Assembly (NCBI GenBank): GCA_039794005.1
Contig: JBAMMA010000019.1
Coordinates: 12,462-76,461 of the forward strand
Direction: 5' to 3'
Length of the DNA: 64,000 nucleotides
Origin: Thermoplasmata archaeon
GTDB taxonomy: Archaea > Thermoplasmatota > Thermoplasmata > Thermoplasmatales > ARK-15
The first letter of the stretch is position 1. Each line of letters opens with the position of its first letter. Below the pieces are notes generated by a model. That model did no database searches and was not told the origin of the DNA. It saw only the letters and a list, made by a program, of their open reading frames with translations. Made by a program: the position numbers and the translations under genes. Positions 30,908 through 40,914 of the stretch are shown here, in pieces.

Positions 30908-32416
30908 TCATGCACCTCCTATTAATATATTAGAATAATTATAAAATAAATGATCTCCTATTAATATATTAGAATAATTATAAAATAAATGATAAATAGG
31001 ATAGGGATAAATTCCTAAAATAAATGCTATTATCAGCAAAAGTAACATTGGCCATAGTTCGTTTAATAACATGTCAGATATTTTCCCGAGGTAATTATTG
31101 TATGGACCAAATAACGTCTTTTGCAAAGCCCATATATGATAGCTTGCAACCACCACCATCCCAAAAATCAGAACAAATGACCAATATTGTAAAACAATCC
31201 AGGAACCTATTACAACGGAAAATTCAGATATAAAACCTGCAAAACCAGGAAGTCCCAAAGAAGCCAGGAATCCGCCTACCATTATAAATGCAAGGTTTGG
31301 CATCATCTTGGTTATTCCTCCAAGGTCATTCATTGACCTTGTTCCCGTAGATCTTTCCACGGATCCCACACTACCGAAGAGTATTGGTATTATTATACCG
31401 TGTGCAAAGATCATGAACATACCGCCCGTTAAAACTAACCTGATTCCATTCATATATTGTGATAAAGGTGCAATATACAAAAATACACCTGCAGAAAGAG
31501 TGATGAATCCCATGTGACCTATGCTTGCATATGCAACCATTCTCTTTAGATCCTTTTGTGCCAATGCAACCAATGCTGAATAGACTATAGATGTTATACC
31601 CAGAATTATCAATAGAATGCCCACCCATGAGGGTAACAAAGATCCTATGCCATTTTTATTTATAAATATGACAAATATTCCGAATGCACCCATTTTGGAT
31701 AACAGTCCTGAAAATATCATGGAAGAGGTGGTTGGAGATTCTACGTAGACATCTGGAGCCCATGAATGGAATGGAAATGAGGGTAATTTTATGAAAAATG
31801 CTAAAAAGAAACCTAACAAAACTATTGGTATTAATGGGCCAGGGATATTTTTTACATTGGATAATACAGAATATGAGAAATTTGAATTACTGTAAAATCC
31901 TATTATAAATATTGAAATTAGCATAAAAACAGATCCAACATGAGTATATATGAGGAATTTTAATGATGTATAATCTTTTCTGGGACCTCCCCATCTACCT
32001 AGCATAAAGTATGATGGGATTAGGACAAGTTCCCAGAAGACGTAAAAGAATACTAGGTTATAGGATAAAAACACACCGATCAAAGAAAATTCTAAAAAGA
32101 ATACATATGAGAAATATGAATTTTCGATATTTTTATCCTGATAAGATATTGCGATAAATATAACTAATGCTACTAATAGCAGAAGCGGTAATGTAAAATA
32201 ATTAAGTATAACATCAAAGGATATTCCACTTGATAATGAAAATAATGTGTATATAACAGTCTGATCATATTTTATTATAAAGATATATAAAATGAACAAT
32301 AAAAATAGACCTGACAAAACAGTTGAAATTAATTTTGCATATTTCTTTGTAAACAGTGGAATTATTGTAAATAACAATGGAAATGCAAATATCAAATAAA
32401 TTAAAATATCAACCAT
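30908..32416 (-). CDS. nuoM: Complex I-like subunit M
   Basis: FWELVLIP, KLPSFPFHSWAPD, KMG, LKRMVAYAS, LGLPG..GF.SEF. Confidence 0.93.
   Translation of the reverse strand: MVDILIYLIFAFPLLFTIIPLFTKKYAKLISTVLSGLFLLFILYIFIIKYDQTVIYTLFSLSSGISFDVILNYFTLPLLLLVALVIFIAISYQDKNIENSYFSYVFFLEFSLIGVFLSYNLVFFYVFWELVLIPSYFMLGRWGGPRKDYTSLKFLIYTHVGSVFMLISIFIIGFYSNSNFSYSVLSNVKNIPGPLIPIVLLGFFLAFFIKLPSFPFHSWAPDVYVESPTTSSMIFSGLLSKMGAFGIFVIFINKNGIGSLLPSWVGILLIILGITSIVYSALVALAQKDLKRMVAYASIGHMGFITLSAGVFLYIAPLSQYMNGIRLVLTGGMFMIFAHGIIIPILFGSVGSVERSTGTRSMNDLGGITKMMPNLAFIMVGGFLASLGLPGFAGFISEFSVVIGSWIVLQYWSFVLIFGMVVVASYHIWALQKTLFGPYNNYLGKISDMLLNELWPMLLLLIIAFILGIYPYPIYHLFYNYSNILIGDHLFYNYSNILIGGA
30916..30993. repeat. 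Perfect 2 x 39-bp tandem duplication in the nuoM 3' end
   Basis: CTCCTATTAATATATTAGAATAATTATAAAATAAATGAT at 30916-30954 and 30955-30993; duplicates the peptide HLFYNYSNILIG. Confidence 0.92.
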
Positions 32417-34375
32417 TTATATCCCTCCTATTAATATAATAACTGTGATCAATATTGCAATGAGACCGCCCAGCATTATTGCTGCATAATACTGTACAAT
32501 CCCGACCTGTATTTTCTTGAAATAATCTGAAAGGTTCTTGAAAATCCAACCTATTCCATTTACTATACCATCAATAACATATTTATCAAATATGTTGAAA
32601 ACCTTTGCCAGAATTAACATGAACCTTTCTGCTATTATATTTGTAAACAGGAAATCCAGGTAATATTTGTTCTTGACAATCTTGTAAATTATTCCAGATT
32701 TCCTTGCAAAATTTTCTGCACTCAATTTATATGAGGCATAATATAAATATGCTATTAATAAACCCAACAATAACAAGGCAAATGGGAGCCATTCAATATA
32801 CCATGTAATGTCGAATTTGAACGTGTTCATTTTATAAACACCGTTGAAGAAATTGTAAAAATCTGATTGGAATACACCATATATTATTGACAATATTGAT
32901 AGAATTATTAATGGAACCATCATTACCCATGGTGGATCCTTTGCATTTTCTGCTGCATAACTCTTGGGCTTTCCCAATGCCACAACAAAAAACATCCTAA
33001 ATGTATATAGCGTGGTTAAAAATGCTCCGATCAACAGTAGGAACCAGGCAAAGAAAAGTGATTCATTTTCCATATAGCCGTAATATGATAATGATATTAT
33101 AGCATCTTTACTGAAATAACCTGCAAATGGTGGAAATCCTATTAGTGTTAATCCACCAATAAACATGGCAGTGATCGTAATAGGCATTTTCTTCCAAAGA
33201 CCACCCATTTTTCTTATATCTCTTATATCAAGGAGCATGAACAATATTGAACCTGCTGATAAGAATAACAGGGCCTTCAAAAATGCATGAACAACCAGAT
33301 GATACAAACCATATCCAACAGTAGATTCACTCAATACAATTCCAACCCCAAGGGCAGATAACATGTATCCGAGCTGACTTATTGTAGAATATGCCAAAAT
33401 TCTTTTTATATCGTTAACTACGATTCCTATTGTTCCTGCCAAAAATGCTGTGAATGCCCCTATGTATAGTACCAAAAATCCTACCCATGGTTGACCATAT
33501 ATATATATTGGATAAACCCTTGCGACTAAATATATACCCGCTGTTACCATTGTAGCTGCATGTATCAATGCTGAAACAGTTGTAGGCCCTTCCATTGCAT
33601 CTGGTATCCAAACATGCAGTGGGAATTGTGAAGATTTACCTACAGCTCCTCCAAGTATTAATGCACCGGCCAAGGCCAATTGAAAGTTTGAATGAACTTT
33701 ATTTATTAACATAGGTATTTGCGTGTTTAAATTATATATTGATAGAGTATTATTTGTATTGAACGTTGTCCAATACAAAACTGCAAGGCCTAATATCAAC
33801 AAAACATCTCCTACCCTTGTAACAATGAATGCCTTTTTAGCTGCAGAAGCAGCATTTGGCTTAAAATACCAAAATCCAATCAATAAATATGAACACAATC
33901 CTACCAATTCCCAGAATAAGAATAACATAACGAGATTTGCACTTAAAACTAAACCCAACATTCCACCTGTAAATAATGATGTTTCTGCAAAGTAGATGTG
34001 CTTATTTGGATCTTTTCCCATGTATCCAATTGCAAACATATGTATTAGGAATGATACGCCAGAAACCATCAATGCCATTGTTATTGATAGTGGATCTACA
34101 TAAACACCCCACGTTATGTTTGCAAACCACGGGAATTCATAGTTAAAATAGTAATATGAGGGGTCAAATGAAAAAGTACCCTTGGAATATACATACCATG
34201 ATAATATAAATGATATGAATATTCCAGAAGTTGCGAGGATTCCAGATATCTTTTTACCAAATTCGCTGAATTTTCCAATCAACAATATGATTGGAAACAT
34301 TACTATTGGCAAAACAAATATCATGAATGCAGCAATAAGATATTGGTTCCATACGGTTAATTGATAAACGTTCAT
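32417..34375 (-). CDS. nuoL: Complex I-like subunit L
   Basis: FWELVGLCSYLLIGFW, AKKAF..TRVGD, GKSSQFPLHVW.PDAMEGPT.VSALIHAATMV. Confidence 0.95.
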   Translation of the reverse strand: MNVYQLTVWNQYLIAAFMIFVLPIVMFPIILLIGKFSEFGKKISGILATSGIFISFILSWYVYSKGTFSFDPSYYYFNYEFPWFANITWGVYVDPLSITMALMVSGVSFLIHMFAIGYMGKDPNKHIYFAETSLFTGGMLGLVLSANLVMLFLFWELVGLCSYLLIGFWYFKPNAASAAKKAFIVTRVGDVLLILGLAVLYWTTFNTNNTLSIYNLNTQIPMLINKVHSNFQLALAGALILGGAVGKSSQFPLHVWIPDAMEGPTTVSALIHAATMVTAGIYLVARVYPIYIYGQPWVGFLVLYIGAFTAFLAGTIGIVVNDIKRILAYSTISQLGYMLSALGVGIVLSESTVGYGLYHLVVHAFLKALLFLSAGSILFMLLDIRDIRKMGGLWKKMPITITAMFIGGLTLIGFPPFAGYFSKDAIISLSYYGYMENESLFFAWFLLLIGAFLTTLYTFRMFFVVALGKPKSYAAENAKDPPWVMMVPLIILSILSIIYGVFQSDFYNFFNGVYKMNTFKFDITWYIEWLPFALLLLGLLIAYLYYASYKLSAENFARKSGIIYKIVKNKYYLDFLFTNIIAERFMLILAKVFNIFDKYVIDGIVNGIGWIFKNLSDYFKKIQVGIVQYYAAIMLGGLIAILITVIILIGGI

Positions 34376-34378
34376 ATT

Positions 34379-34681
34379 TCACCACCTTAAATCTGACAAT
34401 TTTGTTAAATCTATTCCCTTACCTTTTCTATGTAATGCAACAAAAATTGAAAATCCAATAATGGATTCTGCTGCTGCTATAGAAATGGACAAAAGTACAA
34501 AGAATATTCCATTATAATCCTGAATGTTTATCGCCCATGCCAAGATGTTTAGGTTTGCGGCATTAACTATTATTTCAACACTCATTAATAGTTTAATACC
34601 TCCTCTTGCCAATAGAATGCCTATGATTCCAATTGAGAAGTATAACGTACTAATAAAAAGAACCATCCAAAGTTGTATCAT
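34379..34681 (-). CDS. nuoK: Complex I-like subunit K
   Basis: LMSVEII.NAANLN, IAAAE..IG. Confidence 0.92.
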   Translation of the reverse strand: MIQLWMVLFISTLYFSIGIIGILLARGGIKLLMSVEIIVNAANLNILAWAINIQDYNGIFFVLLSISIAAAESIIGFSIFVALHRKGKGIDLTKLSDLRW

Positions 34682-34920
34682 ATTTCATCATCCCTTCCAG
34701 CCAGGTAAAATGCACCCACCATTGATGACAAAATCAATATTGCTAAAATTATCATGACAACGAAATATTTAGGAGAAAATATATTGATTCCTAGGGTAGA
34801 TAGATAGTTGAGAGATGATTCAATAGTTATTTTTGTATTATATTTAATTTCAAACAAGAACAGTACTATAAACAATAATATACCATATGCCGTGGCTGTG
34901 CTAATCCGCAACTTCCTCAC
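34678..34920 (-). CDS. nuoJ: Complex I-like subunit J, C-terminal half (split gene)
   Basis: LG..IF..Y...L.ILIL..MVGA..LA is the NuoJ C-terminal motif; position between nuoJ-N and nuoK; start uncertain (34911-34920). Confidence 0.75.
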   Translation of the reverse strand: MRKLRISTATAYGILLFIVLFLFEIKYNTKITIESSLNYLSTLGINIFSPKYFVVMIILAILILSSMVGAFYLAGRDDEI

Positions 34921-35149
34921 CTCTTGTTAACATTATTGTGAATATTAACAATGTGATCACAGCTCCTACATAAACAATGATTTGAACTGCTCCCATAAAT
35001 CCAGATCCAAGTATTACATAGAGAGTTGCCACGGATAGTAAAAATAACATAAGCCAAAGGGCTGCCCTGTACAGTTTTTTTTCAATTACAACGAGGTATG
35101 AAAATATTCCACCAATAATTCCCGTCAATAAAAATATGTATTCAATCAT
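34901..35149 (-). CDS. nuoJ: Complex I-like subunit J, N-terminal half (split gene)
   Basis: AVQIIVYVGAVITL.IF.IML. Confidence 0.88.
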   Translation of the reverse strand: MIEYIFLLTGIIGGIFSYLVVIEKKLYRAALWLMLFLLSVATLYVILGSGFMGAVQIIVYVGAVITLLIFTIMLTRGEEVAD

Positions 35150-35552
35150 GATGTTTCAACTCCTCTTCGGTTCTAGACAATCTATCTGGTAGATAATCAA
35201 AATCTTTTTCAAAGCTTGCCAATGTCATATCGTTTGATAACCTTATGGATCCCGTTGGGCAAATGGCCTGACACAAGCCACAGTATGTACATGTACCTAT
35301 GTTTACAGCAGGATATATTTTTCTTTTGTTTTTACCATTATCATAATCAAAATATACCATATGATCGGATTCATTTGGACATATTTGAGAGCATAATGAA
35401 CATCCTATACATGTATCTAAATTCAAATATACCCTTCCCCTAAACCTCTTTGTATGCCAGGGTATTTCTTCCTCAGGATATTCAACGGTTACAGGTTTTC
35501 TCCTTGAATGTTTCAATACTACAAGCATCCCTTTTAATATACCCTTGACCAT
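35142..35552 (-). CDS. nuoI: Complex I-like subunit I (2x[4Fe-4S])
   Basis: T.EYPEE, RFRG, CIGCSLCSQICP, CTYCGLCQAICP. Confidence 0.93.
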   Translation of the reverse strand: MVKGILKGMLVVLKHSRRKPVTVEYPEEEIPWHTKRFRGRVYLNLDTCIGCSLCSQICPNESDHMVYFDYDNGKNKRKIYPAVNIGTCTYCGLCQAICPTGSIRLSNDMTLASFEKDFDYLPDRLSRTEEELKHHD

Positions 35553-36629
35553 TCATAACACCCCCTGCATAAACAATATTAAAACCATTGTCCATAGTAA
35601 GTTGATCAATGATAAAGGAAGCAGATATTTCCACCCAAAGTTCATGTATTTATCTACCCTAATTCTTGGTAATGATACCCATATTGTCAAAAAGAGGAAC
35701 GTGAATATGAAAGCTTTAATCAACAGCCATACGTATCCAAATCCGGGCAAAAATGGCAGATCAGATCCTCCTCCAAGATAAACTGTTGAAATAAACAGAG
35801 ATCCAAAGAAAATTGATCCAAAAACACCTAAATAGAATATACCAAATCTTAAACCTGAATATTCAACATTAAACCCTGAAACAAGTTCACTTTCACTTTC
35901 TGGCAAATCGAATGGCACAACTGCCATTTTACTTAAAACTGCAACGAAAAAGACCAAAAAACCAATAGGTTCTAAAATTGCTATTGGAATGTAATGCCAT
36001 TGATATTGAGAAATTGTATTTAAATTCAAAGAACCAGTTAACATTATTACACCTATTAATGATATCATCATAGGTATTTCGTAGCTAAGGTCTTGTGCAG
36101 CCGCTCTCAGGGCGCCTATTAAAGAAAATTTATTGTTTGAAGCAAATCCAGCTATAATTTCACCTATTGGTGGAATTGCAGAGAATGCAATGATCAACAA
36201 TAGTGTTACATTGACATTTGTGAAAATAATGGCCCAATGGTAAATTGTACCGTAAGGAATTAAAAGGTAGCTCATGATTAATGGAATAAATACTAAATAA
36301 GGGGCAAACCTGAACAATATTGGATCAACATTATCAGGAATTATATCCTCCTTACCAAACATTTTCAGAGCATCTGCAATCAACTGAAGTGTACCGTATG
36401 GACCTACTCTATTTGGTCCTATTCTCTGTTGAAGATCGGCCATCCATTTCCTGAAAATATATATAACAACAACTATAGTTAATGAGGCTGCAATAAATAT
36501 TAATAATGCACCTATTGTATCAACAATAAGCCTTTGGAACAATGCACCATATGGAGGTAAATATTGTGAATATGAAATTCCAATATATGTTAATATAAAA
36601 TTAATGAGCTGAAGTATTGAATACATCAT
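35553..36629 (-). CDS. nuoH: Complex I-like subunit H
   Basis: QQRIGPNRVGPYG.LQ.IADALK, LSYEIP, PFDLPESESELVSGF.VEYSG, LPRIR.D. Confidence 0.95.
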   Translation of the reverse strand: MMYSILQLINFILTYIGISYSQYLPPYGALFQRLIVDTIGALLIFIAASLTIVVVIYIFRKWMADLQQRIGPNRVGPYGTLQLIADALKMFGKEDIIPDNVDPILFRFAPYLVFIPLIMSYLLIPYGTIYHWAIIFTNVNVTLLLIIAFSAIPPIGEIIAGFASNNKFSLIGALRAAAQDLSYEIPMMISLIGVIMLTGSLNLNTISQYQWHYIPIAILEPIGFLVFFVAVLSKMAVVPFDLPESESELVSGFNVEYSGLRFGIFYLGVFGSIFFGSLFISTVYLGGGSDLPFLPGFGYVWLLIKAFIFTFLFLTIWVSLPRIRVDKYMNFGWKYLLPLSLINLLWTMVLILFMQGVL

Positions 36630-37735
36630 TACCTATCAACCTCCCCAAAAACTGGATCCAATGTTGATAATGTCGCTATTAAATCGGCTATCTTTAATCC
36701 TTTCACCATTTCATTAACAGCGGACAAATTGTGAAATGCCGGTGACCTTATCCTTACCCTGTAGGGTTTTTTAGAACCATCACCTACAACATATACACCA
36801 AATTCTCCTCTGGGAGATTCTGTCCTCACGTATGATTCTCCGGAGCCTTTTATATTGATCAAACCGGATTTCTTGTATAGTGAATTCTGATATTCACCTG
36901 GAGGTAACTTTTCATATACTTGTTTGGCAATTTTTAAAGATTGTTCCATTTCCTTGAATCTTACCTCAAACCTAGCGTAGTTATCCATTCCGTGTGATAT
37001 TGGTATTTCAAAATCAACCTTATCATAATAAAGATATGGTGAAATTTTCCTGATATCATAATTTACTCCACTTGCCCTTAAAACTGGGCCAGTAATGCTA
37101 TAACTTTTTGCCACTTCAGGAGGTAATATTCCTATACCCCTCATCCTTTGTATAAAAATTTCATTCTTTTCAAAAAGGGATTTTAATTCGTTCAAACGGG
37201 CAGGAAAATCGTTTACAAATTCCTTAAACTTTTCGTCAAATTCATTTGGTAAATCGTTATACACTCCTCCAATGCTTATATAATTATATGTAAGCCTTGC
37301 CCCTGAAACCATTTCAAAAAGCTGTAAAATTCTTTCTCTTTCCCTAAAGGCATAAAAGAATGGAGTTATCATACCAAGATCTAGGCCCATGGTTCCCGCC
37401 CATACCAAATGGCTTGCAATCCTATTGAGTTCTGCAAACAACATTCTTAACCAAATTGCCCTTTCTGGAACATCAATACCTGCCAATTTTTCAACCGCCA
37501 ACACATACCCCAATTCCATGTTATGATTTCCTACATAGTCCAACCTATCCATAAAAATCAAATTTGAAGCATAATAGTTAAATTCTGATAACTTTTCAGC
37601 ATTTCTATGCAAATATCCTATAATTGGCTCGGCAGATAATACGGTTTCGCCATTTAATTTAACTTTCAATCTTAAAACGCCGTGAGTGGATGGATGTTGA
37701 GGACCAAAATTTACTTCCAAAATTTTTTCTTCCAT
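36629..37735 (-). CDS. nuoD: Complex I-like subunit D
   Basis: FGPQHPSTHGVLRL, GYLHR, DRLDY, ELNRIASH, ESPRGE, DPVFGEVDR; no NiFe CxxC motifs. Confidence 0.95.
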   Translation of the reverse strand: MEEKILEVNFGPQHPSTHGVLRLKVKLNGETVLSAEPIIGYLHRNAEKLSEFNYYASNLIFMDRLDYVGNHNMELGYVLAVEKLAGIDVPERAIWLRMLFAELNRIASHLVWAGTMGLDLGMITPFFYAFRERERILQLFEMVSGARLTYNYISIGGVYNDLPNEFDEKFKEFVNDFPARLNELKSLFEKNEIFIQRMRGIGILPPEVAKSYSITGPVLRASGVNYDIRKISPYLYYDKVDFEIPISHGMDNYARFEVRFKEMEQSLKIAKQVYEKLPPGEYQNSLYKKSGLINIKGSGESYVRTESPRGEFGVYVVGDGSKKPYRVRIRSPAFHNLSAVNEMVKGLKIADLIATLSTLDPVFGEVDR

Positions 37736-37737
37736 CT

Positions 37738-38190
37738 TTACCACCCGTCTTCAGGATTAAAACTCACAATATCTGTTCCATCTTCCTTCATGTTTACGTA
37801 TTGTTTTTTAGACATGTCATAATCTTTTCTCAATGGATGGCCATGCCATCCTTCTGGTAGAAATATTCTCTTTAGATTTGGATGACCTTCAAATTTTATA
37901 CCCATCAAATCGTAAATTTCCCTTTCAAACCAATTTGCTGCACCCCATAAAGAAGTTGATGATTGCAAAATATCATCTTCGGTCCTGACTTTTAATACTA
38001 TTTTTCTATTATCATTATATGAACCCAAATGATATACAACTTCCCTATATTTCTTGTAGTCCACTGCAGACATTAATATAAGATAGTCATAACCCTGATT
38101 TTTTAGGTTATTTAATTCTTCTATCAATGTACTTTTTTCTACCAAAATATACTTTGTTCCATCTTTTAAAACCCCTTCTTCAATGATCAT
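37738..38190 (-). CDS. nuoC: Complex I-like subunit C
   Basis: [34 protein letters not shown]. Confidence 0.95.
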   Translation of the reverse strand: MIIEEGVLKDGTKYILVEKSTLIEELNNLKNQGYDYLILMSAVDYKKYREVVYHLGSYNDNRKIVLKVRTEDDILQSSTSLWGAANWFEREIYDLMGIKFEGHPNLKRIFLPEGWHGHPLRKDYDMSKKQYVNMKEDGTDIVSFNPEDGW

Positions 38191-38654
38191 TTTTCAGTTT
38201 CCCCCTTTCTTATTTTTTCCTGGAGTTTATTAATTGCATATATCAAAGCCTCAGGTGTAGGTGGACATCCAGGCACGTAAACATCCACAGGTATAATCTT
38301 ATCTACTCCTTCTACCACCGAATACCCAAATCTGTAAGGTCCTCCGGAGGTTGCACATGAACCAAATGCAATTACATATCTTGGAGATGCCATTTGTTCG
38401 TATAATCTTCTAACCCTTGGGGCCATTTTTTTTGTGACTGTCCCTGCAACAATCATTAAGTCTGCCTGTCTTGGTGACGCTCTGAAAATTTCACTCCCAA
38501 ATCTTGCTATATCATAATGGGAACCTTGTGCCGACATCATTTCAATGGCGCAGCATGCCAATCCAAAAGTAAATGGCCATACCGAATTGCTTCTTCCCCA
38601 ATTCAAAACTTCTTCAATTGTTGTAAATAATATTGTATCCCTCATATCATTCAT
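38187..38654 (-). CDS. nuoB: Complex I-like subunit B
   Basis: [30 protein letters not shown]. Confidence 0.96.
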   Translation of the reverse strand: MNDMRDTILFTTIEEVLNWGRSNSVWPFTFGLACCAIEMMSAQGSHYDIARFGSEIFRASPRQADLMIVAGTVTKKMAPRVRRLYEQMASPRYVIAFGSCATSGGPYRFGYSVVEGVDKIIPVDVYVPGCPPTPEALIYAINKLQEKIRKGETEK

Positions 38655-39034
38655 CTCCATTCAAAATATTTATTCTTAAAAGCGTAAAAAACACCCAATA
38701 GAATTATTATTATATAAATTAGTGGAAATATTGTCATAAAAATTACGTTATTTTTATTAACATTATTGAAAGAAAATGCCCATGGGATTAGCATAACTAC
38801 TGAAACATCAAAAACTGCGAATAGCAAAACTATAAAATAATATTGTACATTAAAAGGTCCATAAGCATCTCCTATTGTTTTTTCACCGCATTCATAAGTA
38901 TCATTTCTGGCGGGTTCTTTATTTTTATCCCTTTTAGGGGCAATTTTGTTGACTGCCCATAACATTAAAAAAACAGAAACTAAACCTACAAACCAGGTTA
39001 TTCCAATGATGAGATAGCCTCCCATATCATTCAT
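38651..39034 (-). CDS. nuoA: Complex I-like subunit A
   Basis: YECG, QYY...LLF.VFDV, PWA, terminal EWR. Confidence 0.92.
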   Translation of the reverse strand: MNDMGGYLIIGITWFVGLVSVFLMLWAVNKIAPKRDKNKEPARNDTYECGEKTIGDAYGPFNVQYYFIVLLFAVFDVSVVMLIPWAFSFNNVNKNNVIFMTIFPLIYIIIILLGVFYAFKNKYFEWR

Positions 39035-39128
39035 TGACTATCACATTTACCATAAATACCGATACGTATTTTAAAATAACGATATTGAAAATAGAAAAAT
39101 AGATATATATAGTAATATTTAAAAATGC

Positions 39129-40013
39129 ATGGAGCTAGTAAGAAAAGGTAAGGTAAAGGAAGTCTATGCATTGGGAGAAAAAGAGCTTCTTTTTGTATTT
39201 ACAGACAACATATCTGTTTTTGACAAAATAATACCATCCAAGATTCCATATAAGGGTGCATCTTTAGCCAGAACATCTGCGCACTGGTTTAAAATAGTTT
39301 CAGATATGGGAATAAAAACACACTTCATTGAATTACCGGAAATGAATAAAATGAAGGTAAGGAGATTCCAAATAACAATGAAGGGAAAAAAGGATGGAAA
39401 GAATTTTCTCATACCACTTGAATTTATTACGAGATATTATATTGCAGGATCGTTTCATGATAGAATTTTAAAGGGTAAAATAAACCCAGCAGAAATTGGA
39501 ATAAAAAACGTAAAATATGGAGAACCTTTGCCACAGCCTTTTTTTGAAGTTACAACAAAATTTGAAGAATATGACAGACCTTTGAGTTTCGAGGAGGCCA
39601 TGGAGATAGGAGGATTAAACAGGGAAGAACTTGATGATATTAGGGAAAAGATACTGAAAATAGATGATGTCATTAACAAAGACGTAATGAAAAGGGGATT
39701 GTTGCATGTAGACGGTAAAAAAGAATGGGCATTAGATGATGAAAGGGAGCCAGTATTGGTAGATACATTTGGAACAGCCGATGAAGATAGATTTTGGGAT
39801 TTAGAAGAATACAAAAAAGGTAATTTTGTAGAATTGAGCAAAGAATTTGTAAGAAAATATTACAAAGACATTGGATACTATGATAAGCTCATGAAGGCAA
39901 GAGAAAAAGGTGAAAAAGAGCCAGATATACCTCCTTTACCTGAAGACATGGTTAAAAAAACCAGTGAATTATACTTAATGTTATATGAAAAAATAACTGG
40001 AGAAAAATGGTAA
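39129..40013 (+). CDS. purC: Phosphoribosylaminoimidazolesuccinocarboxamide synthase
   Basis: KGKVKEVY, TD.ISVFD, IPYKG, VDGKKE, GTADEDRFW, SKEFVR. Confidence 0.94.
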   Translation: MELVRKGKVKEVYALGEKELLFVFTDNISVFDKIIPSKIPYKGASLARTSAHWFKIVSDMGIKTHFIELPEMNKMKVRRFQITMKGKKDGKNFLIPLEFITRYYIAGSFHDRILKGKINPAEIGIKNVKYGEPLPQPFFEVTTKFEEYDRPLSFEEAMEIGGLNREELDDIREKILKIDDVINKDVMKRGLLHVDGKKEWALDDEREPVLVDTFGTADEDRFWDLEEYKKGNFVELSKEFVRKYYKDIGYYDKLMKAREKGEKEPDIPPLPEDMVKKTSELYLMLYEKITGEKW

Positions 40014-40026
40014 AAAATTTTAAAGA

Positions 40027-40914
40027 TTATTTTTTATTTTTATTTTTGTAAAATATTGCTGAAATGATTCCGATTACTACGATTACTGCAATGGCAACAT
40101 AAATGTAATTCATATAATTAACTGGACTGTTGGAATAAACCAATATAGAATTATTTGTGGCTATTGCATATCCTGGTGTTACTATTGTACTTGATGGGTC
40201 ATAGATTATCTTTAAGGAATAATCGTTTAACGTGGCATTTAACAACAAGTATGATGATGTATTGTAATAAAATATTGTTGTGTTTGTTGATGGATTATAT
40301 ATTTTATTCCATTGACTCAATGGTTTTGAAAGGGCAGAGAAGTTGATTGTATCTATTTCATTATTGTTTATGAATTTAAATATAAATGACGATTTATCGT
40401 TCATATCTGAAAGTATGTCATTAAGATCATATTCCTCATTGTTATAAGAAACGTCAAAATGTCCTTTAATATTTATTGACCTCCATGCCATGTCTATTTC
40501 TGTACCATTGCTTGTCTTGTTAAATATTCCCGTTAACCATAGATCAATTGACGTATTTTTATATATTATCATTACTGTTGAGTTTGCGTGTTCGATCAAA
40601 GAGAATTTTATTGTCATGTTGCTTATTGAAACATTATGGTATCTAGATTTTATATATCCTTCCATGAATTTTATTGCCCAATCTGATGGTTTGTTAAACG
40701 TTAAGGAGAATGAAACATTGTATGATGTATTGATCAAGCTCTCTAGGCTACCATTTGGATATGTAAATACCAAAACTGCGACCGAATTTAGAGATATGTG
40801 AGCCATTTTTTTATCTGGATATAAATATATATTAAGATATGATGCGTGGGATAATGGTATGAATGCCACTAAGCCAAGTATCATAACAACCAAATATGCA
40901 AATATCTTTTTCAT
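40027..40914 (-). CDS. Hypothetical cell-surface glycoprotein (signal peptide plus C-terminal TM anchor)
   Basis: MKKIFAYLVVMILG signal, many N-x-S/T sequons, C-terminal hydrophobic helix followed by KNKNKK. Confidence 0.75.
   Translation of the reverse strand: MKKIFAYLVVMILGLVAFIPLSHASYLNIYLYPDKKMAHISLNSVAVLVFTYPNGSLESLINTSYNVSFSLTFNKPSDWAIKFMEGYIKSRYHNVSISNMTIKFSLIEHANSTVMIIYKNTSIDLWLTGIFNKTSNGTEIDMAWRSINIKGHFDVSYNNEEYDLNDILSDMNDKSSFIFKFINNNEIDTINFSALSKPLSQWNKIYNPSTNTTIFYYNTSSYLLLNATLNDYSLKIIYDPSSTIVTPGYAIATNNSILVYSNSPVNYMNYIYVAIAVIVVIGIISAIFYKNKNKK

Noticed and set aside
34678-35149. nuoJ as a frameshifted pseudogene
   Set aside because: Each half has its own start or SD, and split J subunits are known in archaeal Nuo/Fpo clusters
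36629-38654. Group 4 [NiFe] hydrogenase (Mbh/Ech) interpretation of the cluster
   Set aside because: The large subunit lacks both CxxC Ni ligands and the small subunit has the complex I CC motif
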